NCBI GenBank assembly: GCA_964016885.1
Contig: OZ024740.1
Location: forward strand, 341,062,001 to 341,126,000
Length of the DNA: 64,000 nt
Reading direction: 5' to 3'
DNA from: Eledone cirrhosa
Taxonomy: Eukaryota
Each line of letters starts with the position of its first letter. Within the stretch, counting starts at the first letter, position 1. This document shows positions 48,601 to 62,150 of the stretch, in pieces. Both the position numbers and the translations under genes were made by a program. The notes under the pieces are model-generated. The model did not search any database and was not told where the DNA came from. It saw only the letters and a program-made list of their open reading frames with translations.

Positions 48601-51515
48601 TGATGGTGTTGGTGGTAGTGGTAATGACAGTGGTGGCGATGACGATGCTGTCATGATGGTGTTGGTGGTAGTGGTAATGACAGCGGTGGTGATGACGATG
48701 CTGTCATGATGGTGTTGGTGGTAGTGGTAATGACAGTGGTGGTGATGACGATGCTGTCATGATGGTGTTGGTGGTAGTGGTAATGACAGTGGTGGTGATG
48801 ACGATGCTGTCATGATGGTGTTGGTGGTAGTGGTAATGACAGTGGTGGTGATGACGATGCTGTCATGATGGTGTTGGTGGTAGTGGTAATGACAGTGGTG
48901 GTGATGACGATGCTGTCATGATGGTGTTGGTGGTAGTGGTAATGACAGTGGTGGTGATGACGATGCTGGTCATGATGGTGGTAGTGGTAGTGGTAATGAC
49001 AGTGGTGGTGATGACGATGCTGTCATGATGGTGTTGGTGGTAGTGGTAATGACAGTGGTGGTGATGACGATGCTGTCATGATGGTGTTGGTGGTAGTGGT
49101 AATGACAGTGGTGGTGATGACGATGCTGTCATGATGGTGTTGGTGGTAGTGGTAGTGGTAATGACAGTGGTGGTGATGACGATGCTGTCATGATGGTGTT
49201 GGTGGTAGAGGTAATGACAGTGGTGGTGATGACGATGCTGTCATGATGGTGTTGGTGGTAGTGGTAATGACAGCGGTGGTGATGACGATGCTGTCATGAT
49301 GGTGTTGGTGGTAGTGGTAATGACAGTGGTGGTGATGACGATGCTGTCATGATGGTGTTGGTGGTAGTGGTAATGACAGTGGTGGTGATGACGATGCTGT
49401 CATGATGGTGTTGGTGGTAGTGGTAGTGGTAATGACAGTGGTGGTGATGACGATGCTGTCATGATGGTGTTGGTGGTAGTGGTAATGACAGCGGTGGTGA
49501 TGACGATGCTGGTCATGATGGTGTTGGTGGTAGTGGTAATGACAGTGGTGGTGATGACGATGCTGTCATGATGGTGTTGGTGGTAGTGGTAATGACAGCG
49601 GTGGTGATGACGATGCTGTCATGATGGTGTTGGTGGTAGTGGTAATGACAGTGGTGGTGATGACGATGCTGTCATGATGGTGTTGGTGGTAGTGGTAATG
49701 ACAGTGGTGGTGATGACGATGCTGTCATGATGGTGTTGGTGGTAGTGGTAATGACAGTGGTGGTGATGACGATGCTGTCATGATGGTGTTGGTGGTAGTG
49801 GTAATGACAGTGGTGGTGATGACGATGCTGTCATGATGGTGTTGGTGGTAGTGGTAGTGACAGCGATGACGATGCTGTCATGATGGTGTTGGTGGTAGTG
49901 GTAATGACAGTGGTGGTGATGACGATGCTGGTCATGATGGTGTTGGTGGTAGTGGTAATGACAGTGGTGGTGATGACGATGCTGTCATGATGGTGTTGGT
50001 GGTAGTGGTAATGACAGTGGTGGTGATGACGATGCTGTCATGATGATGTTGGTGGTAGTGGTAATGACAGTGGTGGTGATGACGATGCTGTCATGATGGT
50101 GTTGGTGGTAGTGGTAATGACAGTGGTGGTGATGACGATGCTGGTCATGATGGTGTTGGTGGTAGTGGTAATGACAGTGGTGGTGATGACGATGCTGTCA
50201 TGATGGTCTTGGTGGTAGTGGTAATGACAGTGGTGGTGATGACGATGCTGTCATGATGGTGTTGGTGGTAGTGGTAATGACAGTGGTGGTGATGACGATG
50301 CTGGTCATGATGGTGTTGGTGGTAGTGGTAATGACAGTGGTGGTGATGACGATGCTGTCATGATGGTCTTGGTGGTAGTGGTAATGACAGTGGTGGTGAT
50401 GACGATGCTGTCATGATGGTGTTGGTGGTAGTGGTAGTGACAGCGATGACGATGCTGTCATGATGGTGTTGGTGGTAGTGGTAATGACAGTGGTAGTGAT
50501 GACGATGCTGTCATGATGGTGTTGGTGGTAGTGGTAATGACAGTGGTGGTGATGACGATGCTGTCATGATGGTGTTGGTGGTAGTGGTAATGACAGTGGT
50601 GGTGATGACGATGCTGTCATGATGGTGTTGGTGGTAGTGGTAGTGACAGTGGTGGTGATGACGATGCTGTCATGATGGTGTTGGTGGTAGTGGTAATGAC
50701 AGTGGTGGTGATGACGATGCTGTCATGATGGTGTTGGTGGTAGTGGTAGTGACAGTGGTGGTGATGACGATGCTGTCATGATGGTGTTGGTGGTAGTGGT
50801 AATGACAGTGGTGGCGATGACGATGCTGTCATGATGGTGTTGGTGGTAGTGGTAATGACAGTGGTGGCGATGACGATGCTGTCATGATGGTGTTGGTGGT
50901 AGTGGTAATGACAGCGGTGGTGATGACGATGCTGTCATGATGGTGTTGGTGGTAGTGGTAATGACAGTGGTGGTGATGACGATGCTGGTCATGATGGTGT
51001 TGGTGGTAGTGGTAGTGACAGTGGTGGTGATGACGATGCTGTCATGATGATGTTGGTGGTAGTGGTAATGACAGTGGTGGTGATGACGATGCTGTCATGA
51101 TGGTGTTGGTGGTAGTGGTAATGACAGTGGTGGTGATGACGATGCTGTCATGATGGTGTTGGTGGTAGTGGTAATGACAGTGGTGGTGATGACGATGCTG
51201 TCATGATGGTGTTGGTGGTAGTGGTAATGACAGTGGTGGTGATGACGATGCTGTCATGATGGTGTAGGTGGTAGTGGTAATGACAGTGGTGGTGATGACA
51301 ATGCTGTCATGATGGTGTTGGTGGTAGTGGTAATGACAGTGGTGGTGATGACGATGCTGGTGGTGGTAGTGACAGTGGTGGTGATGATGATGCTGGTGGT
51401 GGTAGTGACAGTGGTGGTGATGACGATGCTGGTGGTGGTAGTGACAGTGGTGGTGATGACGATGCTGGTGGTGGTAGTGACAGTGGTGGTGATGACGATG
51501 CAGGTCATGATGATG
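36638..51515. repeat. ~14.9-kb satellite/minisatellite array with a 53-bp basic unit and 54-, 59- and 60-bp variants
   Basis: Unit TCATGATGGTGTTGGTGGTAGTGGTAATGACAGTGGTGGTGATGACGATGCTG, with variants +G and +GTGGTA; roughly 270 units. Confidence 0.97.
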
Positions 51516-52007
51516 TATGTCTTTTCCAAGTTTACTTTAATGGCTTTGGCTCTTCTGAATTAGCATCTTTGAATGAGCTCTGCCAAAAGCCATCCAAAGG
51601 ACACTCCACCCATCCACTCATCATCCCTGCTATCTCATCCTCCTACACCCTGCATTAAACATTTGGCTTCCTCAATCCCTAGTGAAGCATAGCTTTATCA
51701 GCAGTGCCAGACCTTAAGATGATAGAGATATATAAAGATTTAGAAAATAAACACTGAAAAGCATGATAGCTTAACGCTTCAAAGCCACTGGCCTGGTATT
51801 CTGGTACAAATGAGGTTTACCTATATCCTGCCAGCCCAATATTTCAATCTGCCATGCACTTCTGTTTACAACTGTTATTTACTCTACTTTCTGTATAAAT
51901 CAGGGATTGTTTTACATCATTGCTTTAGCCTGAATTCTTTAAGAAAGTATTACCATCATTTTTATCAAGTTCATACATTTATTTTTGTTTGATTTCTTTG
52001 TGGACAC

Positions 52008-52560
52008 ATCATCATCACCGTTTTACGTCCATTTTCCACACTAGCATGGGTTAGACGAGTTGTCCTGTTGTGGGTAATGCTAGGTCAGGTGACCATGTCT
52101 TGCTCATACAGAACTGATTCTGGCTTGGTTTCTACAGCTGGATGCCCTTCCTAACACCAACCTCATTTACAGTGAGTACTGGGTGCTTTTTGTTGTGACG
52201 CCTACATGACCACTTTACAGTGTGGACTGGGTGCTTTTTAATGTGACACCTACACAACACTTTTACAGTGTGGACTGGGTGCTTTTTATTGTGACACCTT
52301 CACGACCACTTTACACCGTGAACTGTGTGCTCTTTATTGTGATATCTACACGACCACTTGACAGTGTGAGCTGTGTGCTTTTTATTGCGACACCTATATA
52401 ACCACTTCACAGTGTGGGCTGGGTGCTTTTTATTGTGACACCTACACTAACACTTTACAGTATAGGCAGGGTGCTTTTTATTGTGACACCTACACAACCA
52501 CTTTACAGTGTGGGCTAGGTGCTTTTCGTTGTGACACCTACACATAGGAGGGTGGAGTGG
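52008..52560 (-). mobile_element. RTE 3'-UTR-derived element with an internal ~48-bp tandem expansion
   Basis: Tail catcatcaccgttttacgtccattttccacactagcatgggttagacg, then ~8 copies of cactttacagtgtggactgggtgctttttattgtgacacctacacgac. Confidence 0.85.
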
Positions 52561-52758
52561 AAGCATACTGTATATATGTGCTTCGGCTTCGGCCTGTGTC
52601 CGTGGGAGGTCAGGTCTTCTGTATTACTGTGTAACACCAGAGATCTTGGACACACATATAGCAATGGGTTACGATTCAAAGAGTTAAAAGAATGACAGAA
52701 GAATATTTAGGGATGTCTAAACTTCATCAGGAGTTTTTTGGTACTCAGCAGAGTATAC

Positions 52759-53196
52759 AATAATAATAAAAATTATTGTGTACAGTGCTCAGGTGCACTA
52801 CAACTCATCAAAGCTGCATGTATAGTACATAGAATAATGTTCAAATGTTAGAAAGTGAACAGTGTATGAGTCATGATATACACACAGATACACACAAGCA
52901 TGCATGTGTATGGAGGGGGGAATATCAGGTGTAGTGTTGGCTAATTTCAGGAAGTATGGAAGTTTTGAAGGATGCAGTATCCCAACAGCTAAAAACTGGT
53001 GCAGGTAGTTTGTTCCATGTTTCAGCAACTCAGAGCATGAAAAAATATTTCAGAAAGTCATGGGACATATGCTGTTTTCTGATTTTGTAAGTATGTCCAC
53101 GGTTTTTTGACACATGGAATTCAAAAAGGTGTTCAGGGTTGTTGTTGGCAAGATGGTTAATAATCTTGTGAGTGTCTACCAAGTCAGTTTCCAGAT
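52759..53196 (-). mobile_element. CR1-like LINE 3' fragment
   Basis: tgtgtacagtgctcaggtgcactacaactc is the reverse complement of the family 3' end; includes the WNKLP region. Confidence 0.85.
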
Positions 53197-53208
53197 GATC
53201 TTGGAGCT

Positions 53209-53412
53209 TTAACTCTTTTTTACTCTATATTTTCTATTGTACTTTCATGGTAAAGGCTTCATCTCACATAATACTGAATCTACAAGATTTTGATATTATT
53301 TATTTTGAGAACAATACCTTAACATAAGTATGACCAGCTGGTTATGGCCAGTTTGAAGAGATGGAGATGAGAAAATTATGGCCGGATACAGCTAGTTTAA
53401 ATGCTAAAGGGT
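53209..53412 (+). mobile_element. piggyBac-type MITE, family A (diverged)
   Basis: Internal homology to 5475-5703 and right end tttaaatgctaaaggg. Confidence 0.75.
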
Positions 53413-54499
53413 CTATGTAGTTGTCGGGTTTTGCCTTATCAGTAAAGTCTATGTCAAATGTAGAGCAGTGCTTTATGTTGGATTCCACTGGGAGTCTAAG
53501 ACCTGGGTTGGTCCAAAGATCCTACCTAAGTTTCTACACATGTAGGTTTTCTGATCATTACAGATGGTTGTTAGTCCTGCAACTGGGAGGATTAGTCCAG
53601 TAAGTGGTGGCAATGGTAATATGGGTGGGGTTCAGTACAAAGCCCAACTATCAGAAGTAATACCTCCCTTCCTCTAATACCCCATGTTCTTAACACACTC
53701 TACTGTTTAGTCAGCAAGAATGAAATTACTGTTTTACAGAAATATCTAGAATGGGGTAGGAGTCATAACATAAATGCATAGCAGTGGTAATAATATTTGA
53801 TGTGGTGGTGGTGGTAGTGGTTGTGGTGTTTGATATGATGGGGGAGGTGGTGGTTATACTATCTGATGTAGTGATGATGGTGATGGTTATGATGATAATG
53901 GTGAATGCAATGTCTGTGGTGATGTTAATGGCATGAGGTTGTTGTAATGATGGTGGTGGATTGTCCAATGTATATGCAGGAGAGGGGAGACTGGATCTTC
54001 AGTGAGAGTAATGGCGGAAAATGTAATATCTTGTAGTAATAGTTTCAGGAGGAGGAGGTAGGGCCCATGACCTTTGCAAATCCACCAAGACTGTAAATAC
54101 ATGCAATGTTGTTGGTGGTGGTTGTGGTGCTGCAGCAGTAATATCAGTGGTCCAGCTGCTTACCTTCTAAACAAACTGCAGCTATTGCCCAATCAGTAAT
54201 GTTTGCGTGTTAAATGTAAGAATTATCAGGAAATCTTTCAGCTTCTTCCTACTTTATGTCAGGCGCAACAGGGATACAGTCCAGCTTTTGTGCTTAGTAT
54301 GGCCTGGATTTGTTGATTGGCATGGTCTGAAAACAGCTAGTATAACCAAATAACAGTAGCTTTAAAGTGAAATTATCAGACAACTGATAACCAAAGTCTT
54401 GAGTTCAAGCCTTGCATCTATCACTGCTATGACTAAGTCTTCCATTGTGTAACATATAAAGATAGATTTTATATTAAAGAGTCGGGATGACCCTTCAGT

Positions 54500-54830
54500 T
54501 GTGTCAAGGGCATGACAGCCTCAATTAGTGTTTGGTGACTTACATGATAAACACACAATACATGCTGTAAAGTAGTTGGTGATAGGAAGGGCATCCAGCC
54601 ATAGAAAAGCCTGCCAAACATAAAGGCTGGGAGTACCCTCAGTTGTGTCAAAGACATGGCAACCTCTCCTGTGTACCGAGTGGAGTGTTGACCATACATA
54701 AGTGAGACACAGATCCCTGACCTGTCTGGGAGATCAGTGGCTCCACTTGAGTACTGACTTAGTCTATGTAGACCCGTCCAACCCTTGCTAGCAGGAAAAG
54801 TGGACGTTAAAATGACAATGATGATGACGA
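54500..54830 (+). mobile_element. RTE 3'-tail-bearing SINE-like copy
   Basis: ggaagggcatccagccatagaaa...cgtccaacccttgctagcaggaaaagtggacgttaaaatgacaatgatgatg. Confidence 0.7.
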
Positions 54831-55549
54831 TCAGTCAGAGGGAGAAGAACACACCCATGGCTTTTTTCAGGGATTCTGTGATTGGTGGGAGGAAACTATA
54901 TTCAGACAAAAGACCTGGTTTCAATGTTTGCAACAGAGTCTGATCCATTAAAGGCACCCAAGGATTAGATGGTGGTGTTAAACCAGATGAGGGATAAGTC
55001 TACTAACCAACAACATAAATGTTTCCATCTGCCAAATTTTACTCACAAGGTTTTTGTTGACCCAAGACTGGTAGTTATACTTGTCAAATATGCTGTGTAT
55101 GGGATTGAACTCAAAACCTTGTAGTTGTGAAGCAAACTTTTTAACCACATGGCCATTTCTCTGGCTTCAGTCATTAGACTGTGGTCATGCTGTGGTACTG
55201 CTTTCTAAAGTGTAGTCAATTACATCAACCTCAGTGTTTAATTTATCAATTTTTGAAAGATAAAAACAAAGTGAACCTGAGCAGAATTTGAACTCAGTAC
55301 TTAAAGAACAAGAACATGTCTCTGTGGTTAAGAAGTTTGCTTTGCAACCATGTGGTTCTGTGTTTTAAACCACTATACAACATCTTGAGCATGTGTCTTT
55401 TACTATAGCATTACATTGACCAATACCTTGCTGACATGATTTGGGTGGGCTGTCACATTCTGAGACTAGACAGATAAGATGAACATGTTTTGCGCATTCA
55501 TTCCAGTTTTGCTTGGTCTCTATAGCTGAATGTATTTTTTCTTCAGACA

Positions 55550-56030
55550 ATAAAGCCACTAAAATGCAAGGGGTTACTGAGAAGGGACAAGGACAAGACA
55601 GAGAAAGCATAATTCAAGGAGAGAGATGATGACTGATGTTGCTTTTGAATTTTGTAAATTGTAGTAAGAAGAGAATTCCATAGGCAAGATGTGTGAGGGA
55701 AGAAACTATTAGAATAGAATTTGTGATTACATTTAGGAATTTCAACTGTAAATTGATGAGACCCAGCTGTCAATCTGGTAGTCCATTTAAACTCAAGAAG
55801 ATGAGGCAAGAAAGAGGAAAGCTCATCAGAACAATTCCAAGAAAATATTTTTAAAAAAGGTAAAGATAGGCAACATTTTGATGGTGTGACAGTGATTGAA
55901 GCTGACATGATAAATCAGGACCTATAATGTTGACAATTCTTCTTTGGATCTTATATAGATTCTCAAGGTGCAGAGCAGAAGCACCAGACCAGATGTGGCA
56001 ACAGTACTCAATACAAGGATGGATTATGCT
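55550..56030 (-). mobile_element. Degenerate CR1/Jockey-group LINE 3' fragment (different family)
   Basis: Minus-strand pieces PCIEYCCHIWSGA, IQRRIVNIIGP and FYSNSFFPHTSCLWNSL. Confidence 0.7.
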
Positions 56031-57765
56031 TTTTATTGAGGCACCAGCACTACCACTTTACAGAGTTGACTGGTTGCATCATCATCATTTTTATGCCTGT
56101 ATACACCAGAGTAGTCATCCTGGTGCTGCCTAACAAGTCCATTGAAGTCACCAACCAAGGGGGTATGCATGTGTGTTGTGTAACTTTGGCTTGTGTATAT
56201 ATTGGCAAAAAATGTAATAAACTTTAAAAGAAAACCACCATGGTATCTGTTATGTCCATGTTGCCTAGTCACTCTCACTATGGTAAATGCTGCAAACATC
56301 CCATTGATAAAAAAAACACCACAAGGTATGGAAATGGATGGTGAAGTCTTGGAGAAAATGTTCCCTGTGCTGTTTGGTGGATGTTACTGGTGAAAAGAAA
56401 GGACCACAGAAAATGTGCCAGACCAGAGTAATGAATTAGTGGAGTTGTTGGAGTGTTAGATGAGATGGCTTACTGGGCTTGTTTTTCCTGGCACTTTGAG
56501 TCCTGAGTCTTGGGGTAGTAGATTTAAACAATTACCTAGTTTAATGCCACCACCTGGTCCTAAGATGCCTTCAGGGGAGTTTATTATGTTGGTGTGGATG
56601 CAGCACGGTCATATAGTTAAAAATTTCACTTCACAATCACTAGGTCCTGAGTTTGATCCCACTGCATGGCATCTTTGCAAGTGTCATTTAACATAGTTTC
56701 AGATTGACCCAAGCCTAGTGAGTGAAATTGGTTAAACAGAAAATGTTTGGAAACCCAACGAATGGATTGCAATTATAATTCTAAGATTCAGTTTTGCCAC
56801 ACACAGTGTCATGCAGTATCTCCCAAAGAATTATATTAAGAGTATACATGTGTAGAAAAATTATCATGGGTAAAACTGCAGACCACCAAAATATGTATAT
56901 CATACTCAGAAATAGCTATCACGAAACCTACAGGTATTTAAACCAAATTAAGATGGCTTTACTCTCTTAAAGAGTTGACAACAGATGCCCAGCCGTAGCA
57001 GTCACTGGACATTAGGGCACTGCTGTAGCTAGGCCAGTAAATCTGTTTTTCACAAAGCAATAACCTACCTCAACCAACATCTCTGCATTCACACATTCAC
57101 ATACAAATTCTAACAAATCACAACAAAATGTTTTTATCTGTGGACACTACATCTAGCAACCAGTTTATGAAACACTGTTATACCAAACCTTTTACATATT
57201 CTGGTTGTTTTTTATCTTGAACCATGATATCATTGTATACCATAACACAAATTAGCAGTTTTGGTTCCCTTGTTGATCTGTCTCAATTTATCATTGATCC
57301 TAATTGTTTTACAATCATACCAATCAACTCATACAACACACGGCCAACATTTCACCAACTTCACCAAATATATCACTTCAACCACATATTGCTTTAAAAT
57401 GGCAACTACCAATATACCAAACATTTCTGCTACCAAAACTACCAAACATCTCTGCTAAACATAGCATGCTGTTCTGTTCATTGAACAACCGGAACACTGA
57501 TCATTGAAACCAATGGAGGTCCATTCCCCTCTGTTAGAAGCATTTCAACTAGATCTCCTGTTTAAGTATAACTTCCTCCTCATCGGTCTCTGAGCCCCTT
57601 GAAAAAATAAAGGGCCATAGGTACTTATGCCCTTTCTCTGGTCAAGAGGTTAAAAATTAAGAGACTAAGTCTATGGTTACTCACCTTCAAGGCAAGGGGT
57701 TGGAATGTCTGTTAGCAAGGATTGGATACGTGTGTGTGTGTGTATATATATATATATATCATCAT

Positions 57766-57970
57766 TTAACCCTTTCATGACTGTAGTTCTAATGAAATAT
57801 CCTCTATTTTAATTAATCAATGAAGAATTTTGAGGGATTTACTAACATTGCTAAGATAGTAACTTAATGTAAGGTTCTTATATAAAATTATGCTGGAAGC
57901 CTTTAAAATGGGTGATTTTATTTCATAGAACCAGAGCTGGTTTTGGCCGGGTTGGTAATTAAAGGGTTAA
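57766..57970. mobile_element. piggyBac-type MITE (family B) nested in an RTE tail
   Basis: TTAA|CCCTTT ... AAAGGG|TTAA. Removing it rejoins catcattTTAAcatccactttccctgctagcaagggttaga. Confidence 0.75.
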
Positions 57971-58560
57971 CATCCACTTTCCCTGCTAGCAAGGGTTAGA
58001 CAGGTCTTTACTGACCGAGTCTGTACTGAAGTGGGGTTACAGACATCTTAGACAGCAAAGGTTGGATATGTCATCATAGACTGCATGTATTTTATTGTGC
58101 CAGCATACCTGAAGCGTTTTCTCAACATTTTGTTGGACAGGTTTTCAATGGTTAGGTGTCCTTCCTATAACTAACCACTTAACAGTGTACTAGGTGTGTT
58201 TATCGTGCAAATCACTCACAATAAATCACCCAGTATACTCTGAATGGTGGTTGGTGTTAGAAATGGTATCCAGTCATACAATATAGTTTTAGAGGACTTG
58301 TGAGTTTAGATCAGCATGTGACAACCTCACTAGTAATAATATCATGATAAAATGTTCCCAGTACATACTATAAAGTGTAAGTGTTGGCACTGTGATAAAA
58401 TGCACTCAGTCCACTCTATAAAATGGTAGTGCTGGTGCCAAGAAAATGCACCCAATATACTCTGTAAGATGGTTGATGTTAGAAAAAGTACACAGCCATA
58501 GAAACCATACCAAATATGGAACATAATGAGAAAAATGAAGTCACTCTGGCCCACATGGTC

Positions 58561-58737
58561 TCATCATCGTTTAACGTCCATCTTCCACGCTAACATGAGT
58601 TAGACGGTTTTGTTCCACTCGATGCGGGAATGGTCGGGAGACCATGCCTTGCTCGCACAGAAGTCTCAGACTGTGACAATTCGTCCAAACCATGCTAGTG
58701 TGGAAAGCAGATTTAAAATGATAAGTATGATAATGAT
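58561..58737. mobile_element. Two RTE 3'-tail copies in inverted orientation
   Basis: catcatcgtttaacgtccatcttccacgctaacatgagttagacg ... cgtccaaaccatgctagtgtggaaagcagatttaaaatgat. Confidence 0.7.
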
Positions 58738-59028
58738 CAATGTACTATCATTCAGAAAAATTAGTATGAAGTAAAAGTATAAGTTAACAGTGTTGCTAAT
58801 TGAATGAGAATGATGTAGATGTTTAGCTCCAAGTCAGTCCTGACATAGTTGACCTATGGTCAAAGGTGTTCAATCATGGCTAACCTATCGTATTTCCAAA
58901 ACTACTCCATCTGAACTACATTATTCAATGTGTCCTTTTTATGATGTTAAAAATGTGGTTTGAGGGAGGTTTAACTGATCCTAGCAGATTGAACGACCTT
59001 ATAGAAGCTCCTTAGTAATTTATGGAGG

Positions 59029-59470
59029 TTAACCCTTTTGATATAAAACTGCCTGAAACAACCCTTGGTTCTATAGTACAAAACTCTTTTGTCTTATAGT
59101 GTTTATATTTATCTAAAAACCTTCCATCACAATTTTATATAAGCACCTTTATTAAGTTATGCTCCAAATACTGGCTTAATAATGAGAAAGTTAGTTATAT
59201 TATTAAATTCCTCCAAAATTCTTGATTATGGAGACAAAGTGTTTTCTCATGATAGGAATGGGCTCCTCTGTCACTAAAATACATGAGAAACCTATTAGAT
59301 GAAACCTTCAAAGAGACTAACTAAACCTACATAGGAGTGAGCTGTAACAACAAATTCTTGATTACTTTGAAGATTATTTGAAAATCATAAACGATAGTTT
59401 ACATTGGAAATATGGTATCAAAGTTAAACCCATTATAACAGTCAATGAGGATTTTTGAATAAAAGGTTAA
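59029..59470. mobile_element. Probable diverged piggyBac-type MITE
   Basis: ttaacccttttgat ... aataaaaggttaa; similar left ends at ~59594 and ~60351. Confidence 0.45.
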
Positions 59471-60519
59471 TCTGAAAAAAGGTGAAGCAGTTCATATCTT
59501 TTTTTAGGCCTTCCTAGACTAGGGGAGATAATTGAGTTAAGTTAATGGAAAATGCTGGACAAAGTATTTAGTAAGAGACAACAAAAATACAACTTAACTC
59601 TTTTGATACGAAACTGCCCTTTGTTCTATGATACAAAGTTGTTTATTTTAAAATGTTTATACTGGTCATATCCGGCCAGAATCTCCCACCTCTTTCTGTT
59701 CAAACGTAACTAACTACAGAGCAAATGACACTTTCCTGACAATACTTCAAGCTTGTTGCCAACTGTTATTACAAGAGACATTGTTCATCAACTGAGACAT
59801 TTTGTGTTCGTAAAAATTGTTCATGAACTGATTTGTCCGTGAACTGAGGTTCCAATGTATTTGAAAATCATATACAATGTCTTTTATTAGAAATATGGTA
59901 ATGAAAGGGATAAAAGGGAAGTGCCTATAGTTGAAGAGTTATAAATTTAGCAGATATTGATTTCAAATAGTGTCTAGAATGTATTTATATTAGAAAGTGT
60001 GACATTGTTTCACAAATGTATACATTAATCTAATGTAGAGAGTATTTGAATTTTTCATAGTTGAAGAGGAAATCCATTTTTTTAAAATGATGTATTGGTT
60101 ATGGGAAGAATGTGTGGTTAGTATGAAAGCCTCAATAAGCTGTAAAAGCCTAGCATTTGTTCAATGCCATAGTAGTTTAATACCATAAGTTCATGAAGAT
60201 TAGAATTTGGGAAACTTTTGGTTGCAGTAAAAGCAAAGAGATTGCTCTTTAGATAAAATATAGAAGGTAAATATCAGACATGTAATATTACATTGTAATG
60301 AGGCATGAATTCTAAAAACATATGTAAGTGAATTTCGGAAGAGAAATTAGTTAAACCCTTTTGAGATCAATTCAATTGAGACCATCTTTGGTTCTTTAAT
60401 GGAAAACTACTTGTACATTTTTTCCTTATACTTTTGGGCAAGAATCTTTTTTTGTCCTAAACATCAATTTGGTATAGAAATAAATGCCGTTAAATTCATT
60501 TCTTTTTTTATTTATAAAG

Positions 60520-60930
60520 CATAGCCTGGATGTCATAGGCTTCCCTTGAGCCAACAGGGCTGGCAGAAGGCCAGACATGACAATCTTCCCTTCTGCAGAC
60601 ATAGGCCCCTTACCTAGGATGTCACGTTGCAACACCTTCTCCAGTAGTAACGGGGTGCGCTCAACTACCAGCCCAGGTTTTGCTGCTCATCAGGCTGAAG
60701 AGGGCAAACTGTCAAAGTATTGACTGCTCTCTGATGGGTTTGTGGTTGAGCTTGTAGCGATGGAGACTTCCAATGTTCTTGGCTCCCAGACAAAATCCCT
60801 ACACACTACTATTGAGGTGGAGTTGGCTACCTGCAAGTGCAAGCCCTCCTTGCTGTTCCAGCGTATGTCCCTCACCACCCTCCAGGGCAATGTTTTCTCC
60901 ATCTTGAACGCCAGGACCACAGGACAGTGA
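60520..60930 (+). mobile_element. CRE-clade-like non-LTR retrotransposon 3' fragment (restriction-like endonuclease domain)
   Basis: Pieces LEPTGL, GRRPD-MTIFP, DVT, and AAHQAEEGKLSKY*...VELVAMET...LLFQRMSLTTLQGNVFSIL. These match the RPD..DVT..K.KY..AxET..QRxS..Q.GN pattern of CRE-like elements. Confidence 0.7.
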
Positions 60931-61956
60931 TTTATATTAATAGGATAATGACAAATTTTGCAACATCCCTTCTATTGATTATGTTAAAAATAAAAATAAA
61001 ATGTAAAAGTTATTTTACTAAATACAACCAAATTCTTGATTATCGTAGTGTATTTTATGAGAAATATTGCAATGAAAAGATTAAATGGGTAAAGTACAAA
61101 GCTTACAAACAGAGGCTTATTGAAAATAAGTCGATTATGAGATTTGGTATTTAAAATACTGACTAAAAAAAAACAAAAAAAACCAAAACACTCGTGGTAG
61201 GCAACGTTTGAAGGTAGCTAACTCTTCCTCATTATAATTGGAATTTAAATAATCTGTTCAAAAATCATACCACATTTGAAACAACGAAGTGAACGAATTA
61301 GCAGTGGAGAATCTAGTGGTCACTAAACCTGCTAGAAATAGTAGTCAAATGTCTCAACTTATATTTTACTGTTTTAAAAAAGCAAGGGCATATAGGATAA
61401 TGTAGCTCTGGATATATAACAGTATTGGTGCAAGTCTGGTTAAGATGTTCACTTCAGAACTACATTTTACATTTGATTCCACTCTACAGCACCTACCTAT
61501 AACACATATCATTACCTACAACCTTATGAGTGAAATTTGGTACATGGATGAAATGTGTGAAAGGCTACAGGAGGGCCCGTTTTTGTTCATTATGCAGTTT
61601 AACACCATTACCAAACCTTTGGGTGCCTTAAGTAGAGTTCACTGTTCCAAGCCACTGATCTGAGGATAACTTTTTCCTCCCAGTCCCAGAGGTTCTAAAA
61701 AGGATCATAGGCACTGGCATCCCTATATTAGCCATTTAAAAAAATTAACAAAAGATATGATGGTCATGATTAGAATAACTTTGATAATCAGGAATATCAT
61801 ATACTCACTGGAATTACATTGCCCATACATCAGCCAACAAACTCCTATGTAATCACTCAATTTACTTGAAATAACAGCCAAATTCTCCTCATATCACACT
61901 CTACCATCTTAAAAAGTGAAAGACACATTCAATAATTTAGTCCTAGGTGCACAAAA

Positions 61957-62150
61957 TCATCATCATTTTTCATTTGTTTTCTATGCAGCATGGGTTGAAC
62001 AGGTTATTATGGTCTAAGTTCATATTTAGAGTTACTGCTCACCTAGACAGGTAAGAGGATCATGTCTTACTCATATGTTTAAATTTTTAGTATGGTTTCT
62101 ACAGCTGGATGCTCTTCAAACACAAACCACTTAACAGAATGTACTGGGTG
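61957..62150 (-). mobile_element. RTE 3'-tail copy (diverged)
   Basis: catcatcattttt...gcagcatgggttgaacag...tttctacagctggatgctcttc. Confidence 0.65.

Noticed and set aside
36638-51515. CRISPR-like array
   Set aside because: Head-to-tail repeats without unique spacers, eukaryotic context and no cas genes.
36605-51563. Thr/Val/Met-rich ORFs suggesting a mucin-like gene
   Set aside because: The 53- and 59-bp units shift frame and TCATGA supplies stops on both strands. ORFs arise only where 54/60-bp units happen to be adjacent.
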